Below, piece by piece: positions 14,445-28,963 of a stretch of 64,000 bases of DNA. This DNA is from Eledone cirrhosa. Lineage: Eukaryota. Under the pieces are notes generated by a model. The model saw only the letters and a list, made by a program, of their open reading frames with translations, ran no database searches and had not been told where the DNA came from. Made by a program: the position numbers and the translations under genes. The stretch spans positions 114,452,001 to 114,516,000 of the forward strand of contig OZ024743.1 in assembly GCA_964016885.1 (NCBI GenBank), in the 5' to 3' direction. Every line of letters starts with the position of its first letter. Within the stretch, counting starts at the first letter, position 1.

Positions 14445-16549
14445 TGACAGTGGGAATTTGGTTCTATAGTGTTCGTACCTGGTATATATGTCTATATTTA
14501 TTTACAACGTCACATTAACTGTGTATTGCTATGACAGCTTTAAACTGTGATCATGTCACAGTATCTCATTCTTTGCATTTTCTTATGTTGTATGGTAACA
14601 ATGTGCACTCAATTATATTTCCAGAATTAAGACAATCGTAAATAAATTAAATTTACTTGAAACTAAAATGTGTAAGAACCTTTAAGGCATATCATCGTCT
14701 ATTGAAAATTAAATGTAAATAACAGGAAATGGATTCAAAATGGAAGGCAAAGTTGATCTCGGCAGAATATGAAGAGTTAGAACAAATACCACAATGACAT
14801 TTCATCGGACGCTCTACCAATTCTACCAATCTACTACAACAAGAAATGGATAAAAGTATAATGTGTAAAATATATATCTTTGTTCAAATCGGGACTATAA
14901 CCAGATTATACAGTGGAATTACAACTATAACAAACAGTTATATGAAGTGTGTGACTTAGTGGTTAGGAATGTTCGGCAAATAAACATAAAGTCATAAGTT
15001 CGATTACAGCTGGCAAGACATTTTATTTTATTTTGCTTCTGTACAAAAAATGAGTTGTATCTGTAATTGAAAGGGTCTAGCTTTGTCAAACATTGTGACA
15101 TGCTAAACCTCCCCAGAATTACGTTAAGGTTATACGTGTCTGTGGTTTTCTCGACCATTTGCATATTACTTTCACAATGAGGTTTTTTTTTGTTGTCAAA
15201 CAACTGAAATACTCCTTGCCAGAACCGACGTAGGTCCATTATGCAATATGCAAACAGTCGTGAAATATCAAACTCACAGAACTAGACTTACGTTCATACC
15301 ACCTTAATAAACCAAATACATTATGAAATGTAAACTGATACATATAACTGGATCATCCGTATTAACAAAACACTATATAGTTATATACACGCTGCTGTAA
15401 TAACAACTTCACATATTGCCAATATAGCTGATTATAATTTGGTGTAGCATATTTCCACTCAGTATAGCAAATGAAAACTGTCACGTAGAAGATAGCGATA
15501 AATCTAGTTAAACTTCGATACATTCCAGAATTTTCTGGTTAGATTTTCTTTGTTAGTTTAAAAAAATTTTAATTAGATAGATGGCGCTATCATATTCCAT
15601 TATAAAGTGACTGCCAAATTTAACATCTAACCATATCTGACAATATCGGTGTAAACATAATTGGAATTTTATTTCAGAATACATTGTATTTTTGTGGAGC
15701 AGCTTGTCGGAAGTAGCACAGTAGTATATTTATGTGTAAATTCTATGAGTGTATAGTGAGTGAGTGTATAATATATGTTTATTATAATTGCTCAGACCAT
15801 CACTATCGCTACTACACTGATTATACCTGGATAATGTGGACATGTGGAAGAACGGTCTTCGAGGTGCAGAACCATAGGTGTAAACTGCATGATGGCCCCA
15901 TCGGTCACAATAGAGAAATCCTTATCCCGGAGTATAGTAAACCTGCCAACTCTCCCCGTTCGACAGGGTGATCTCCCACTTTGTTGTGGGTGAGAGATGT
16001 CGTCTATTGTGGAAATGGTTATAGCTTTCATTATGTAAAATCTGTCTATTTTGCCTCATTTCTCCCCGTTTTGGAGCACTATTTTTCATAGTACTCTCCA
16101 TTTGGATTTTTAGGGGTTGGCAGGTCTAGGAGCGAGAAGACCATTGAAATAGGTATTCCAACACGCGGGGCTCGCTCTGGGAGGTGATAGCAACGATTTG
16201 GGAGTTGTTTCAGAAAGCAAGACCGGCAGAGGTCCCCACCACTATAAGTTTAACGTCAACCCCATCGGAAAGCGGCCCAAACTTCGACAGCTTGTTGAAT
16301 AAATATAATAGATAAAATGCTAAATAATGCATACATAGAAACTTACATGCGATACAGCAGGTATTGATGAAAGTAATTTGTAAAGTTTGGTAATTATACT
16401 TTGTGAATGATATAGTGTATATATAGACTATATCATGCACACAAACAGACATGCATACATAGTTACCAAGTGAAGTTGTCTAAATTCTAATGAAAGAGTC
16501 ATGTTTTTATGTTAGAAATCGGCTCTCATTCTATTGATGAACATTTATA

Positions 16550-16758
16550 AAATAATGGTTTCCAATTTAGGTACAAGGCCAGCAATTTTTGGGGAGTGGA
16601 AAATCGATTAAATCGACCTGAGTGCGTTACTGGTACTGAATTCTATGGACCCTGTAAGAATGAAAGGCGGGATTTGAACTCAGAACGCAAAGGGCCATAA
16701 GTACATGCTGAAAATCGTATTGTCCGATGCTCTACAGATACTGCCAATCCACAACCAG

Positions 16759-16806
<48 letters not shown>

Positions 16807-17070
16807 AGTCTAAAGTCTGTCTTAAGCCAGAATGTTCATTTGGCCGGTGCTTATCCCGTTTGCCGTGGCGTGACTGAGAGTACAAGACTCTCCCTTGGAC
16901 AGTCCATGGCAGAGTTTAAACCCTCAGCTATTGCTAGTACTCATTTTCAGCTGAGTATACTGGAGCAACGTGAAATGAATTGTTTTGCTCAAGAACACAA
17001 CACGCAATCCAGGAATCGAACCCACGACATTATGATCGTAAGTCCAACACCCTTACCACTAGGCCACATA
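16550..17070 (-). mobile_element. Two SINEs of different families (16550-16755; 16820-17070)
   Basis: First matches the 19351 family; second has minus-strand GGTTCGATTCC B-box and GTGTTCTTGAGCAAAAC CORE-like motif. Confidence 0.65.
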
Positions 17071-17924
17071 TATAAGTTACTAACTTTCATAACACATAAA
17101 ATGCCGAAGTGAGAGGCGCAGAAATAATAATTTAAAAGTAAGCGGCTTAGAAAATCGTTTAGATGCAGTTGAAGTAAATATTTGGTTGATTATTAATATT
17201 GGATATGTGATATGAATGCAAAATGCTCCTATTGTATTATCTACATGAGAGATAAAAAGGATATTAAAGCCCGTCTTGAGAAAATAGTCTCATTGCTTCA
17301 ATATCTTAAGCCTAAATGAAACAGAATTGCTAGATTTAAAGCATGTTTATGAGCAGACTTTACGCAATAATAAATAATAATAATTTAGATTTATGTGAAA
17401 ATAATATTAATGATACTAAAATGACTTCCCAATTAAGAATGCATAGTGCAAAGTGTTGAGATGTGATAAAAAAAAACGTGATCAGTGTTTATTTGTGAAT
17501 TAATTGATTAGTGACATATGAGATGGAAATTGTAGTTTATTACTATTGGATTATTCAAATCATACTCCTGATGTAAAAATGCCTGGGTTGCGATAATATA
17601 ATTTGGCAAACCATATAGAATTATCTCTACTTATCTTGGATTTGTAAAATAAGATAAACGTAATGTCGACAGTATTGTTAAAGTTTTAAAATCTGAATTA
17701 ATGAAGAAGAGTCTAAGATAATAAAATTGAAGCCATAGAAATTGAAGTATAGAAGATACTAATGGCATGGACTGAATTATCAATGGTTCAAAGTCGGCTT
17801 TAAGCCGAAATTTCTTTAAATATTTTAATTAGATGTACATAACTGTCACATCAGTTAGCCGTGTCTCAGGCTTTTGCTGACTGTTTGACAATAAGAAACA
17901 TGCAAATGATTTCTCTCTTATGTC

Positions 17925-18990
17925 CCTTTACGGTCTGAATTCAAATCCCGTCGAGGTTAACTTTGCCTTTCATCCTTACGGTGTCGATAAAATAAAGTAC
18001 CAGTAATGTACTGGGCAATTGCTGGCCTTGTGCCAAAAGTAGACACAATTATTAAGACAGATATAAGGCGGTGGATTGAAAGAATCGGTAGAGCGTCGGA
18101 CACGATGCTTTGCAGGATAGAGTTATGTCTCTTTAGGTCCTGATTTCTAATCCAGTCGCGGTTAGCTTTGCCTTTCATACTTCCGGGGTCGATAAAATAA
18201 AGTACCAGTAATGTACTGGGTCGATTTAATCGACTTTCCCATCTCCTTCAAAATGTTGGCATTGTGCCTAAAGTAGAAACAATTACTAAGACAGATATAA
18301 GGCAGTGGGTTGACAGATTTGGTAGTGTTGGACAATAGGCTTTGCGGTATATAGTTACGGCCCTATGCGTTCTGAGTTCAAATACCGCCAAAGTTACCTT
18401 TGCCTTTCATCCTTACGTAATTGATAAAATAAAATACCAGTGAATCACTGGGGTTGATGTAATCGACTTTCTTTCATATTGCTGGACTTGTGTCAAATGC
18501 AGGAACAATTATTTCGAATGCTTTGCGGTATCAAATCCTATCGAAATTAACTTTCTTTCATCCATCCAGAGTTCGATAAAATAACGTACCAGTCAAGTAT
18601 TAGGGTACATCTATCCGACTTACCCCCTCAGCGAATTGCTGGCCTTGTGCCAATATTAGAAATCATTATTAAGACAGAAGACGGACAACTGTTTAACTGC
18701 ATTTGTTCCGGCTCTTTACTTTCTGAGTTCAAATCTCACCGGAGGCAACTTTGCCTTTTTTCCTTCTAGGGTCGATGTAATCGGCTTTCAACTCCCCTAA
18801 AAATTGCTGACCTCGTTCCTAAATTAGAAACCAGTATTATATCATTATTAAAAGCGGTGGATTGGAAAAAGTCGTTAGAGGGTTGGCAAGTGCTTTGTAG
18901 TTTTTGTTCCGGCTCTATACATTCTGAGTTCAAATCCAAGTTCTAGTTTATTACTGGGGTCAGTTTAGTCGATGTTTTCCTTGGCCCAAC
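17925..18990 (+). mobile_element. Head-to-tail cluster of about six tRNA-SINE copies or fragments
   Basis: Repeated GAGTTCAAAT..AACTTTGCCTTTCATCC..GTCGATAAAATAAAGTACCAGT..GGCCTTGTGCC.AAAGTAGA. Confidence 0.85.
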
Positions 18991-19350
18991 TTAAAAAAAG
19001 TATTAATGCAGATAAGAACCTACATCCTTCAATTAATTATATTTCACATGGACTGATTGTTAGAAACATCATATGCCAAAGGGGTCATTTAAAAATACTG
19101 ATAAGTGCAACACCACTGAAATTCTGTATGGAATGTATTTTAGAGCGTTAAAGCAATGCAAATATCATATTGAAAATAATGCTCCAGAAGTTGTTGGGAT
19201 GTTACCTTGGTCCTTGATATTTTGGGAATACACCCCTTTGTCAAAAGTAGCGTTAGGAAACTAAGTCGGAGCAGGAAGTCTTGGGTTGTTCTTATGTCAG
19301 CAAATTTGCATTGCTGTAGCCTACTAAGAAAACATTATTTTCTACTCTTT

Positions 19351-19537
19351 GGGCGGTGGATTGGCAGTATCGGTAGAGGGTCGGACGCCATGCTTTCCAG
19401 CATAGTTACGTCCCTTTACGATCTGAGTTCAAATCCCGCCGAGGTTGACTTTGCCTTTCATCCTTACGGGGTCGATAAAATAAATTACCAGTAATGCATT
19501 GGGTATTTGCTGGCCTTGTGCCTAAAGTAGAAAAAAA
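19351..19537 (+). mobile_element. Full-length tRNA-derived SINE with 15-bp target-site duplication
   Basis: A box TGGCAGTATCGG 19362-19373; B box GAGTTCAAATCCC 19425-19437; TSD TATTTTCTACTCTTT at 19336-19350 and 19538-19552. Confidence 0.92.
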
Positions 19538-21067
19538 TATTTTCTACTCTTTCTATAATGCTTCAAGCCAACTATAACACACTCTTATCTATATGAAATG
19601 TATTCACATGACATTAAAAAGGTACATATGTTATTTATGCATCCAAGTCACGATAGAGCAGAGCGTGTAAATGAATTTGTGTTGAAGACTGTTGCTTAAA
19701 CATCAATTTAATATATGTATTTTCTTAAGCTACCACGTAGTCGGATCGAAGTCGGAGCCTAATAATTGCAAAGTGAATCACTTAGCCATTCAGCCATGGT
19801 GCATCAGTTATCTTAGCTTCAAGTTGATCCAAACCTTTTGAGTGGAATTAGGTAGACTGAAACTGTTTGGAAGCCCGTCAGATGGACTGTACTTGTAATT
19901 TCAATGGCCGTCCTTGTTCACACTGTGTCACGCCGAATATGTATCTGTTGAATGCTCAGCAACAGTCACGTTAATTTCCTGAGCAGCCTGTTCTGTTGAT
20001 CAAACAACTGGAACATACATAATCGAAACAGAGCTGAGTCCATTCCATTCCATTAGATTTTGTAGTCAGACTAAACTAAAACTACCAACCTCTGAAAGTG
20101 GTGCAGTGACTTGTAATATTTAAGAATATTACAAGTCCTTTTTAGTTTATGAATATACTCATGGACTTGCAAGGTCTGATGGAGCGATATTTGTATTTAA
20201 ACCTGACGAAGTCCATCAAGTCTGAATAGAACCAATTTTTTTCCAGAAAAGGAAGGCGAGGGAGAAAGAGATGGAAAGTCGTCGCCAGTACTCGACTGGT
20301 ACTTTTTTTTATCGATCTCGAAATGATGAAAGTAAGTTTTCCTCAACAAAATTTGAACTCAGAACTTAGCGAACTGGAACGAGTAACGGCGTTATAACGA
20401 CTCTGCCAATTCGCCACATGTCTAACTTATAAGTTTGGAAATAAAGTATCAAGAGATAATTTCATACTAAGGCGAAATATGCATAAGAAATTAATGTGAA
20501 TAATTTCTTCCGAAAAAGACCCCCCCCCCCCCAAAAAAAAGAGATTTATATCACCACAATTTCTCTTGGATTCTAAGAAATGTATGGTTTTTTGCCTGTA
20601 AAAAATATTCTAAGATTAAAACTCAGTTTCTAAAGTTACAGAATATTTTATGGCATCAAACGAATCCATATGCTGAATATTAATTTCATTTGTTGAACTG
20701 GACCAATAAATTTGATACTGAACGTTTTGAGACTGGGTTTTATCAATATTTGTTGCTTCTGTGTACAGGTCTTCAAATGGTTACCAGTCGATGTTATCTC
20801 CACTTTGATAATTATTAATTACAATTCAGAAGTTGAAATAATACTTGATAGTATGAATAATGTTAAATTAAAGTTAGATAAAAATGGAATTGAAGTTACT
20901 CTGATAATCTATGCATAACATTTGGTTTAATACGACACAATGAATATACACATTAATAGAAATGTCAGCGTATATTGATTCTAATATATACATGACCCTA
21001 AATTCTATCTGTGAGCTCGGTCAACTATCTGCGAACCAGGTTAATCTACTTCAGATGTTGATATACA

Positions 21068-21312
21068 ATAATGGTTTCTAATTTAGGCACAAGGCCAACA
21101 ATTTTAGGGGAGGGGAAAGTCGATTAAATCGATGCCAGTGCATTACTGGTACTTTATTTTATCGATTCCAGTGCATTACTGGTACTTTATTTTATCGACC
21201 CCGTGTGGATGAAAAGCAAAGCTAACCTCGGCGGGATTTTGACTCAGAACGTAAAGGGCTGTATCTCTATGCTACAAAGCATGGTGTCCAATCCTCTATC
21301 GGTTCTGCCAAC
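21068..21312 (-). mobile_element. tRNA-derived SINE with internal ~33 bp duplication
   Basis: CCAGTGCATTACTGGTACTTTATTTTATCGA occurs twice in tandem; family match. Confidence 0.8.
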
Positions 21313-21843
21313 ATCTGTACTAGTAGAAGGTCTATGGGTGTTAAAAACATACATTTTTAATACACTGAAGAACATTTGTGTTGGTGGACCAGGGCTGGTC
21401 TGGGACTGAACAACAGTAGCAGCAGCGTGCCGTGCCACCTCCCCCATCGTTTTGATTTACCAAATTTCCCTGAAATCTTATATTCAATTTTCGTAACTGC
21501 TATTGAAATTGTCTTCAGAAACGACAATTGCATAACTAATTAAGGCATAAAGCCAGCAATTTGTGGGGAAGGGAAAGTCAATTATATCGACCCCAGGCTC
21601 CGGATGAATGAAAGACAAAGATGACCACGGCGAGAAGGTATAAAGCATTAAGCGTATACTACAAAGCTTTCCGTCTGATGATTTAATTTGTTCAGAAATT
21701 AATGGAGGTTTTACATTTTTATTTGTTTCAAGCACAAGGACCCACGTAAGGTGTATAAAAGCTTTATCAAATTAAAGCTTATTTTATGTTTTTAAGTAAT
21801 CCACTATTTAACATAAATTGTATTTTTGCTCAGTTGAAGTTAA

Positions 21844-22728
21844 GATGTCAAAACAGGATTTTGACCAAATATATTTCTATGAGTTTCAACTCGGTGGCAA
21901 TGCTGCACAAACGTCTTGAAACATCAATGAAGTCTGGGGCCAAGGAAGTGTTAATTAATATACAATTCTAAAGGAATATTGCGAACATCCTTCTACGAAT
22001 ATTGTCAATAAATTGAAGGCTTTGGTGGAAGCAAACCCACACACCACTCCCCAAGAGCTTCCGGATGAGACACATGTCAGGGTTGGAACAAGTTTTGAAT
22101 ATAGGGACCGAATTGGAACGTTGAAGAAGCTTAGAAAAGGGGTGCCACACAAACAAAACAGAAAAATGATCGTTATGAAGTCTGCTCTTTGCTTCTTTTG
22201 TGCAACAAAACCGAAGTTTTCGAAAAGAAAATTATGGCGACTGGTGTTCTGCAACCGGATTAATCTACTACAGCTTTCTCAATTGTGGCGAAACAATCTC
22301 AGCATGAAATCAAAATAAAATTGCTGCATATGTGTCCAGCATTGGTTACAAGAAAAGGTTCAATGCTCGACCATACATCACACAATCAACACTTCAGTAG
22401 TTGAACGAATTGAGATACGAACCCCTGTCTTATTTAGCCTAGTCACTGGATCTTCAAGCATTTGGACAATCTTTGCAAGGAAAAGTTTTCAACAACCATA
22501 CACCCGCAAAAAAAAAAAAAAAAATGCCTTCGAAGAATTCACCGCCTCCGAATTCACTTCGAAGAATTCACCTTATCAGTATTTTATATTGCCGGAATAA
22601 GTAAACATGTATCTTGTTGGCACAAATGTGTAGATTAGAAAGGTTTATATTTTGATCAATAAAATGTACTCTTGACTGAGATATGTCGTTTTAAAATTAA
22701 TGTTTAAAATTTCTGAACAATCTGATAC
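21844..22728 (+). pseudogene. Decayed mariner (Tc1/mariner) transposase
   Basis: FYEFQLGGNAAQTS*NINEVWGQG; LKALVEANPHTTPQEL; IGTLKKLRKGVPH (WVPHEL-like); NARPYI..TLQ*LNELRYE..LA*SLDL (YSPDL-like); KHLDN. Confidence 0.8.
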
Positions 22729-23579
22729 ATTACTAATAACTAAAATGTTATTTCCTCCTATATTCCTCTAGCAATTAGACAAAACAAGCAGTAAGTAACA
22801 TTCTTATTTACAGAAGCCACATGTAGAGCTTATTTTCTACTCTGTTTTCGGTAATAATTATTTCTATCACCGAGAAAGTTTTCGAAATGAAACATAGCGC
22901 TGTCAAGTTTGATAAGTCTGTTTGTGTATCGAGAGTTTGTGAAAACACTTCTGTCAGATATGTCATAAATCATTTTTTTTTGTATGGATAACTTATTTCG
23001 TTATATTACATTTACTAAACAATAGCGCCACTGGCTACTACATGTTTAAATTATAGGTTCATGGTATTTCTGACGATGTGAGTGACTTTAACTCGGTGTA
23101 AAACCAATATTACAAAGGTTATTGAATGCATATGATCAATATTTTCACATTTGGTGTCGATATCTGTTTTAGCATGTACAATAGAGACAGTGAGTGATAG
23201 AGAGGAGAGAGAGAGACAGAGGCTGTATGTATTTGTACGTAAGTGTGTATATGTATGCACGTGAAAGAGATAGATAGAGAAGGATATATATTGATATATA
23301 TATAGAAAGAGAGAGAGAGAGAGAGTGAGAGAGAGCGAGAAAGAGAGAGAGAATAATCAGCATAGAGTCATTTATTAAAAGTTCCACGAATAACCGGCGT
23401 TGGTACTACTATGTCAGTTGTATATCAATATATTCAGTTCTAGACGAACCAAATTTAAGACAGTAAATAGTTAAAGCTACACAGGGATCCAAGAATAACA
23501 CAGAGGAACAATGTCTTGAAAAATATTTTTATTTCTCCCTTTTTACGTGTATGGCGTTGCATTGGTTGAGACGTTATGA

Positions 23580-23868
23580 CAGTCATGGGCAACCTGGGGC
23601 CCGTGAAGCTTTCTGAATGGCTCCCCTAAGTCACCCAGTGAAATCTTTCTGATTTTTTTACCCCAACGTTTCAGTCGCAATTTGTCTTTCTATCATTATT
23701 ACGATCGAGAAAAACAACGTGTATCAATTCTGAAGAAACAAATCAAAACAACCCGAGTTACCACCCTTTTTTTAATGTGGGCACGAATGTAAATTAGCAC
23801 TTGCAACTCGCCTGATGATGAGCCATATCTCATGCGGCTCGCTTCTCGAAAAAAGTTGCTCATGCTTG
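23580..23868. mobile_element. hAT-type MITE
   Basis: TIRs CAGTCATGGGCAACCT and AAGTTGCTCATGCTTG; imperfect 8-bp TSD CGTTATGA / CGTTAGAA; subterminal GCGGCTC. Confidence 0.65.
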
Positions 23869-25820
23869 CGTTAGAACCTCGAATTAAATATGCTCTGGTA
23901 TCTCTTGCGGTTTACTGCGTTCTGAGTTAAAATACCGCCGAGATCACCGTAATCATTATCCTTTCGGTATCAATAAATAAACTACTAGATCAGTACTGGA
24001 GTCGATATATCCTCTCTCCCTTTCTGTGTTCAGAACTGGAGAGTGATGGGCTCTGCCAGGTTTAAATTGCCCAAGGCATATATATTAGGACAACGTCCTT
24101 ATGATTCTCGTTGAAGTCATATGTTTGTGGTACTGGATAACTTGTTACAAGTATTTTATTTTTTAGTGTCTTTTGTGGTTATGAAAACGGAAAGAGGAAG
24201 GGAGGGAAAGGCAAGGGCTCTAGGCCCTAGAACCCTTGCCTTTAGAGTCTAGGCTCACAGAAGAATAGGAGGGCTGAAGGGGGATAATAATGCATACTGT
24301 CGCTACTAAAGACGTAAATAATTAGACACTTACCGCATGTCCTTTCCTTAAAACTATCATTATAATCAATAACTTAGATATTTTGATTTGTGAATATGAA
24401 TTAATAACATTGTAGAAAATTGTAAAGGATAACTGACCCAACTTGACCTAAATTTGGGGATTTATTGATTACCAGATTGCTTTATTCTATAAACTATTGG
24501 GACATTTCCTTTCGTTATCATAGCTTTTTATGTTGTTGATTTAAGTCGCCACCGTTTTCTGTAATACTTCCTTGAAATGCTCCCCCTCAACTCTCTCTCT
24601 CTGGCAGAGTCAGAGTTTCAGACAGATGTTTAACAGTGTTTGTTATGGTGTCTTTACATTCTTTATGGTATCGATAAAATAAAGCACCAGTAATATAATA
24701 AGGTCGATTTAATCAAATTTCCCCATTCCTTAAAATTTCTGGCCTTGTACCAAAAGTAGAAACTATTTATTGTTGCTATTGTTGTTGATTGGCAGATTTC
24801 TAGCTCTTTACTTTCTGAATTCAAATTCCGTCGAACTCAACTTTGGTGTTCATTCTTCCGGAGTCGAAAAAATAAAGATTAACAAAGTAGTGTGGACAGT
24901 ATAGTCAAATTTCCCTCCTCTGCCCCAAATTGCTAGCCTTGTGCCTAAATTAGAAAGAATATATATGCACTGATCCTTCATCGTAACCGTAAGCGAGACT
25001 GCACCGCCATATATACACATCTAATATCTAGGTGTATAAACATGCCACAAAATATGAATTTCGCTGTAAATTGAAAAATGAAAAACGGCTTTCATTAATT
25101 TTCAGATCTAACTGGACCATCATCAGAAGATGTACATATCAAACATGAATATAAAGGAAGCATTTATTTCATGGATATATATACCCATTCGCTCTTAGTA
25201 TTATTCTGAAATGGATATAGTAATTTGTGTATAATTAACGCTCGTGTTATTGATTCATTTTTAGATCTTAGTGGGCTGTCATCAAAAGATGTGTATATCA
25301 CCCAATCAACCACAAGGAAACATAAGGGTCCAATAAGATCCGAAAATCGACGGAAGCTGTTTATCAATTTTCAATTTACAGGGAAACTCGTATTTTCTGG
25401 CATGATTATATGCCTACATATTGGATATATGTATATATTTATACACGTTGTTACAGTCTCAGTTACACACACTGTATTTATACAGATAACTTTATCATTT
25501 ATACTTCATATAAAAGAGAGATGTTTGTTGGTTGGTTGCTTTGTGCAGCACACGAAAACTGACAATCGAAAAGTAACTACAGCAATAGAATAAGGGTATA
25601 TCCAGGAAGGTTTATTGATACTCATTTTATAACATCAAAGAAGAAGAAAAACATCCCGGCTATGCTAACCAATCTGACTGCTATTTCTAGCAGGTTGGGA
25701 ATCAACCATAAGGAATTCTCTCTGCGTGTTCGTTGTCAGTAATGATCGTGTTTCGCGGATAGAGTCTCCGATTCGAACGCGGGTTTACACACACACATCC
25801 TATCTATCTAGATATAATTA

Positions 25821-26330
25821 TCTATATCTATGTATAATATAAAAGATTGGAACTTCCATCATCATTTTGAGAAACCTGGACCAGCCATGTCTATGCAATG
25901 GCACACACTTTACAGTCAGCCGGAAGATGAACCATCTCCTAGAGGTCACTATTTTTGGAGGCAATCGTCAAGGAGAAATTGCATTTATTCCCAAAATTCC
26001 TCTACCGAGCTGCCATTCAAATTTTCAAGACTTCAGTTCTCTGTTTGAGCCAGATTTGCTATAACCATAAATAGAGCTCAGGCTCAAAGTCTAAGTTGTA
26101 GGATTGAATACAAGGGGAATCACTTTTTACCCATGGACAATTATATGTTAAGTTCACGTGAGGGAACACCTAAAATTCTTCATATACTATACACAAGCCG
26201 TAAAACGAAGAATCTGGTGTATTTGGAAGGTTATCTACTATATCACACACACTCCATGGTCTTGCCTCATATTGTAAACCAGACAATGCATCCAATACAG
26301 TCATTTTTTCTTTTACCTGTACATCAGCTA

Positions 26331-26331
<1 letters not shown>
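25821..26331 (+). mobile_element. Internally deleted Helitron retaining the C-terminal Pif1-like helicase motifs
   Basis: 5' A|TC and 3' CTAG|T termini; RNLDQPCLCNGT..GEIAFIPKIPL, ELPFKFSRLQF..FAITINRAQAQSL, FTHGQLYV, TKNLVY across frameshifts (25867-26237). Confidence 0.82.
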
Positions 26332-26366
<35 letters not shown>

Positions 26367-26373
<7 letters not shown>

Positions 26374-28963
26374 TTCGAAATATTAACAAAATAGATATTC
26401 TTGTGATCAAGTATATTTTATTATACATATTTCAGAGGTACCGAGTTAACTTCAACAGTACGTCCTCATCAGATAAAATAAGATGATGCATGAGATACCC
26501 TGACATAATAGATGGCTAAGATTCAGTCATGGTAGTGAGTAATATATGACAAAACTCAATATTTATATACCTTAATAGTGAAAACATGAAAAAAACTACA
26601 TATAATACATATACTAGAGAGGGTGCGTGTGAGAAAGCTTAACAAATACATGGCAGCAATATAAAAGTTAAATATTCAAATAATTTAAATTAGTGAAGAA
26701 AGAGAAAAGAAAAGAAAGGCATAGAGGAAGAAACAGATGAGGGGATAATATAGCTAGTAGGAGCCTAGAAAACAAAGGAGAGTTGATTACAGAGAGAGAG
26801 AGATAAAGAGGAATAACTTATATATTGTAATAATATAGGGAGATATTAAATTAGAACAACATTTGGGCTTAGCTTTAGGAAAAAGGAAAAGATTCATTGA
26901 ATTATTGAAATATCTAAAAATATTCATCAATCGGAATTTTAATTTTAAATATAATTGGGTGTATTCATATGAAGGTTAATACCAAGTCTTTAGACAATTA
27001 TACATATATACAATATATATCCAAACATATCTGGTTGACCGTTAACATTCAAATAATTTAATTTAAGTTAGTTCAGAGTAATGAATATTTTAGGTTATAA
27101 AAGTTAATAAATATCTGTATTAATATTAATGTATACTATCATATTTAATTTCTAAAATCACATTTTATGAAATCAGATTTAAAGGATTTACAAACACGAA
27201 AAAAAACAAACAATGTTTTTACAACCTCACGAAGGTAAACTTTACTAAATATATTATATAATATTAAATTATTTATATTATATTGAAAACAGTTTATATT
27301 ATATAGTTTAGAAAATAATTAGTTATCATTTTTAAAGAATTTTAAGATTAACAAATTGAATGCCTAAAGGATCAACATGCCCTATAATTAAACTTTAAAA
27401 AGTCTGATTATTAAACTATATATATGCGTTTATCAAAAAATTCACAAAGATTATATCGTTCAAAGACATAAGATGATACCTCTCAAATAGACATAACATA
27501 ATATAATACAATAAATAAGTTATTGAAGATATTGTTAAAATTAATGTTTTAGATCAATTATTGTAATAGGATCATTTAATAGATATATATTATATATATA
27601 CATGTCAAAACTTCATGAGTCCTAAGGATAAGGACTAGATGCAAAATAAAAAAGTGAAAAAAGTAAAAATAATGAATTGTTTGCGATCATAAAAGTGCCC
27701 AATATTAAAAAATATAGTTTAAAATGCAAGAGGATTTTTTATTTATTTATATAGTAGACAAACAACCGTTCTAAAGTGTCCACGAAGATGATAGAAAGAG
27801 GAGCTAAGGATTTGAATGACCCGAAGGTAACCCGAATTTAATTAAAATAAATTAAATTAAATTAAGTAATAATCATCATATAATTTAGAACATTAAGGAA
27901 ATATCTAACAATTATATCAATAGAGAGTCATTTGAGTATCCAAATTACTTATAAATATAACTAGGAGCATGTTATTATACTAGATAAACAAATTTGCTCA
28001 AATATATAGAGTATTATAGGTATTAGTAAAACGATATACATATATAAATAAATAATTACAATCATTATTAGTAATGTTATAATTGTAGTTTTACCTCCAG
28101 TTCAGTGGAAAGAAAGACCAATATTTGTCGATTAGTATGATTTGTGACATTTATACCTAAATATATATAAAAAATATATATATGTGCAAATCTAACTTTT
28201 TGAATCTTAAAACATACCCAAAATGAATAAAATATATAAATGCATGAATGATTTACTGTTCAATTATAACCGGTAATCTTACAAGTTATATATCCAAATT
28301 ATATATTTAAAACAAAGACAAATATATAAGGATCCCGATCTACATTATATATATCTAAAATAATCCAAAGGTGTGCATATTCATCAAGAGAACAAGTTAA
28401 TAAATAATATGTTTATATACCTAAACAGGACTCTTCAGTCTAACATTAATTCTAACATAAATGAGTAGAAAATAAAACATTATTAAAGTTTTGTAATCTG
28501 TTATAACGTTTTAGGTAGAACAGTTGATAAGAGACGTCAAAAATTAAAACATGTTTATTTAGTGTTTTTACCTGACTTTTTGCGAGGCTTGGAATGTAGA
28601 CAAAGCTTTATGAAGGCAGTTTGAGAATAATTCACTTTTTTTGTTAATTAAGTTTTCATAATTAGTAATTATTAATAGGGTCTCCATAGTACAGAGGTTG
28701 CAGTTAGGTGATATTGACGAATTCGAGTAGATTCTACTATTACATAGCTTCCTCCAAAAAATCAAGTATTTTAAATTTTTGTCTTTTAATGACCATATAA
28801 GTTATGATAAAGAAGTCGAATACTTCCTATTAGGATTTGAAAAATAGCATTTGTGATTCCCAAATCTCGATTTAAATGTCGAAGAAGAACTTCAGTTGAT
28901 TGCTTCCAATCTATCGTAAAACTCATTCTTTGATTTATTCATTGAACCTTGTTTAACCTTTAA

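Noticed and set aside
19351-19440. A and B boxes as a tRNA gene
   Set aside because: No cloverleaf; followed by SINE body, tail and TSD; dozens of copies
23812-23860. CTGATGA..GAGCC/GGCTC..GAAA as a hammerhead
   Set aside because: Six extra nucleotides before GAAA and no stem I; the sequence is explained as the subterminal region of a hAT MITE
25715-25785. Minus-strand GAAACACGATC-ATTA-CTGACAA as a permuted hammerhead
   Set aside because: Core mismatch and no room for stem I
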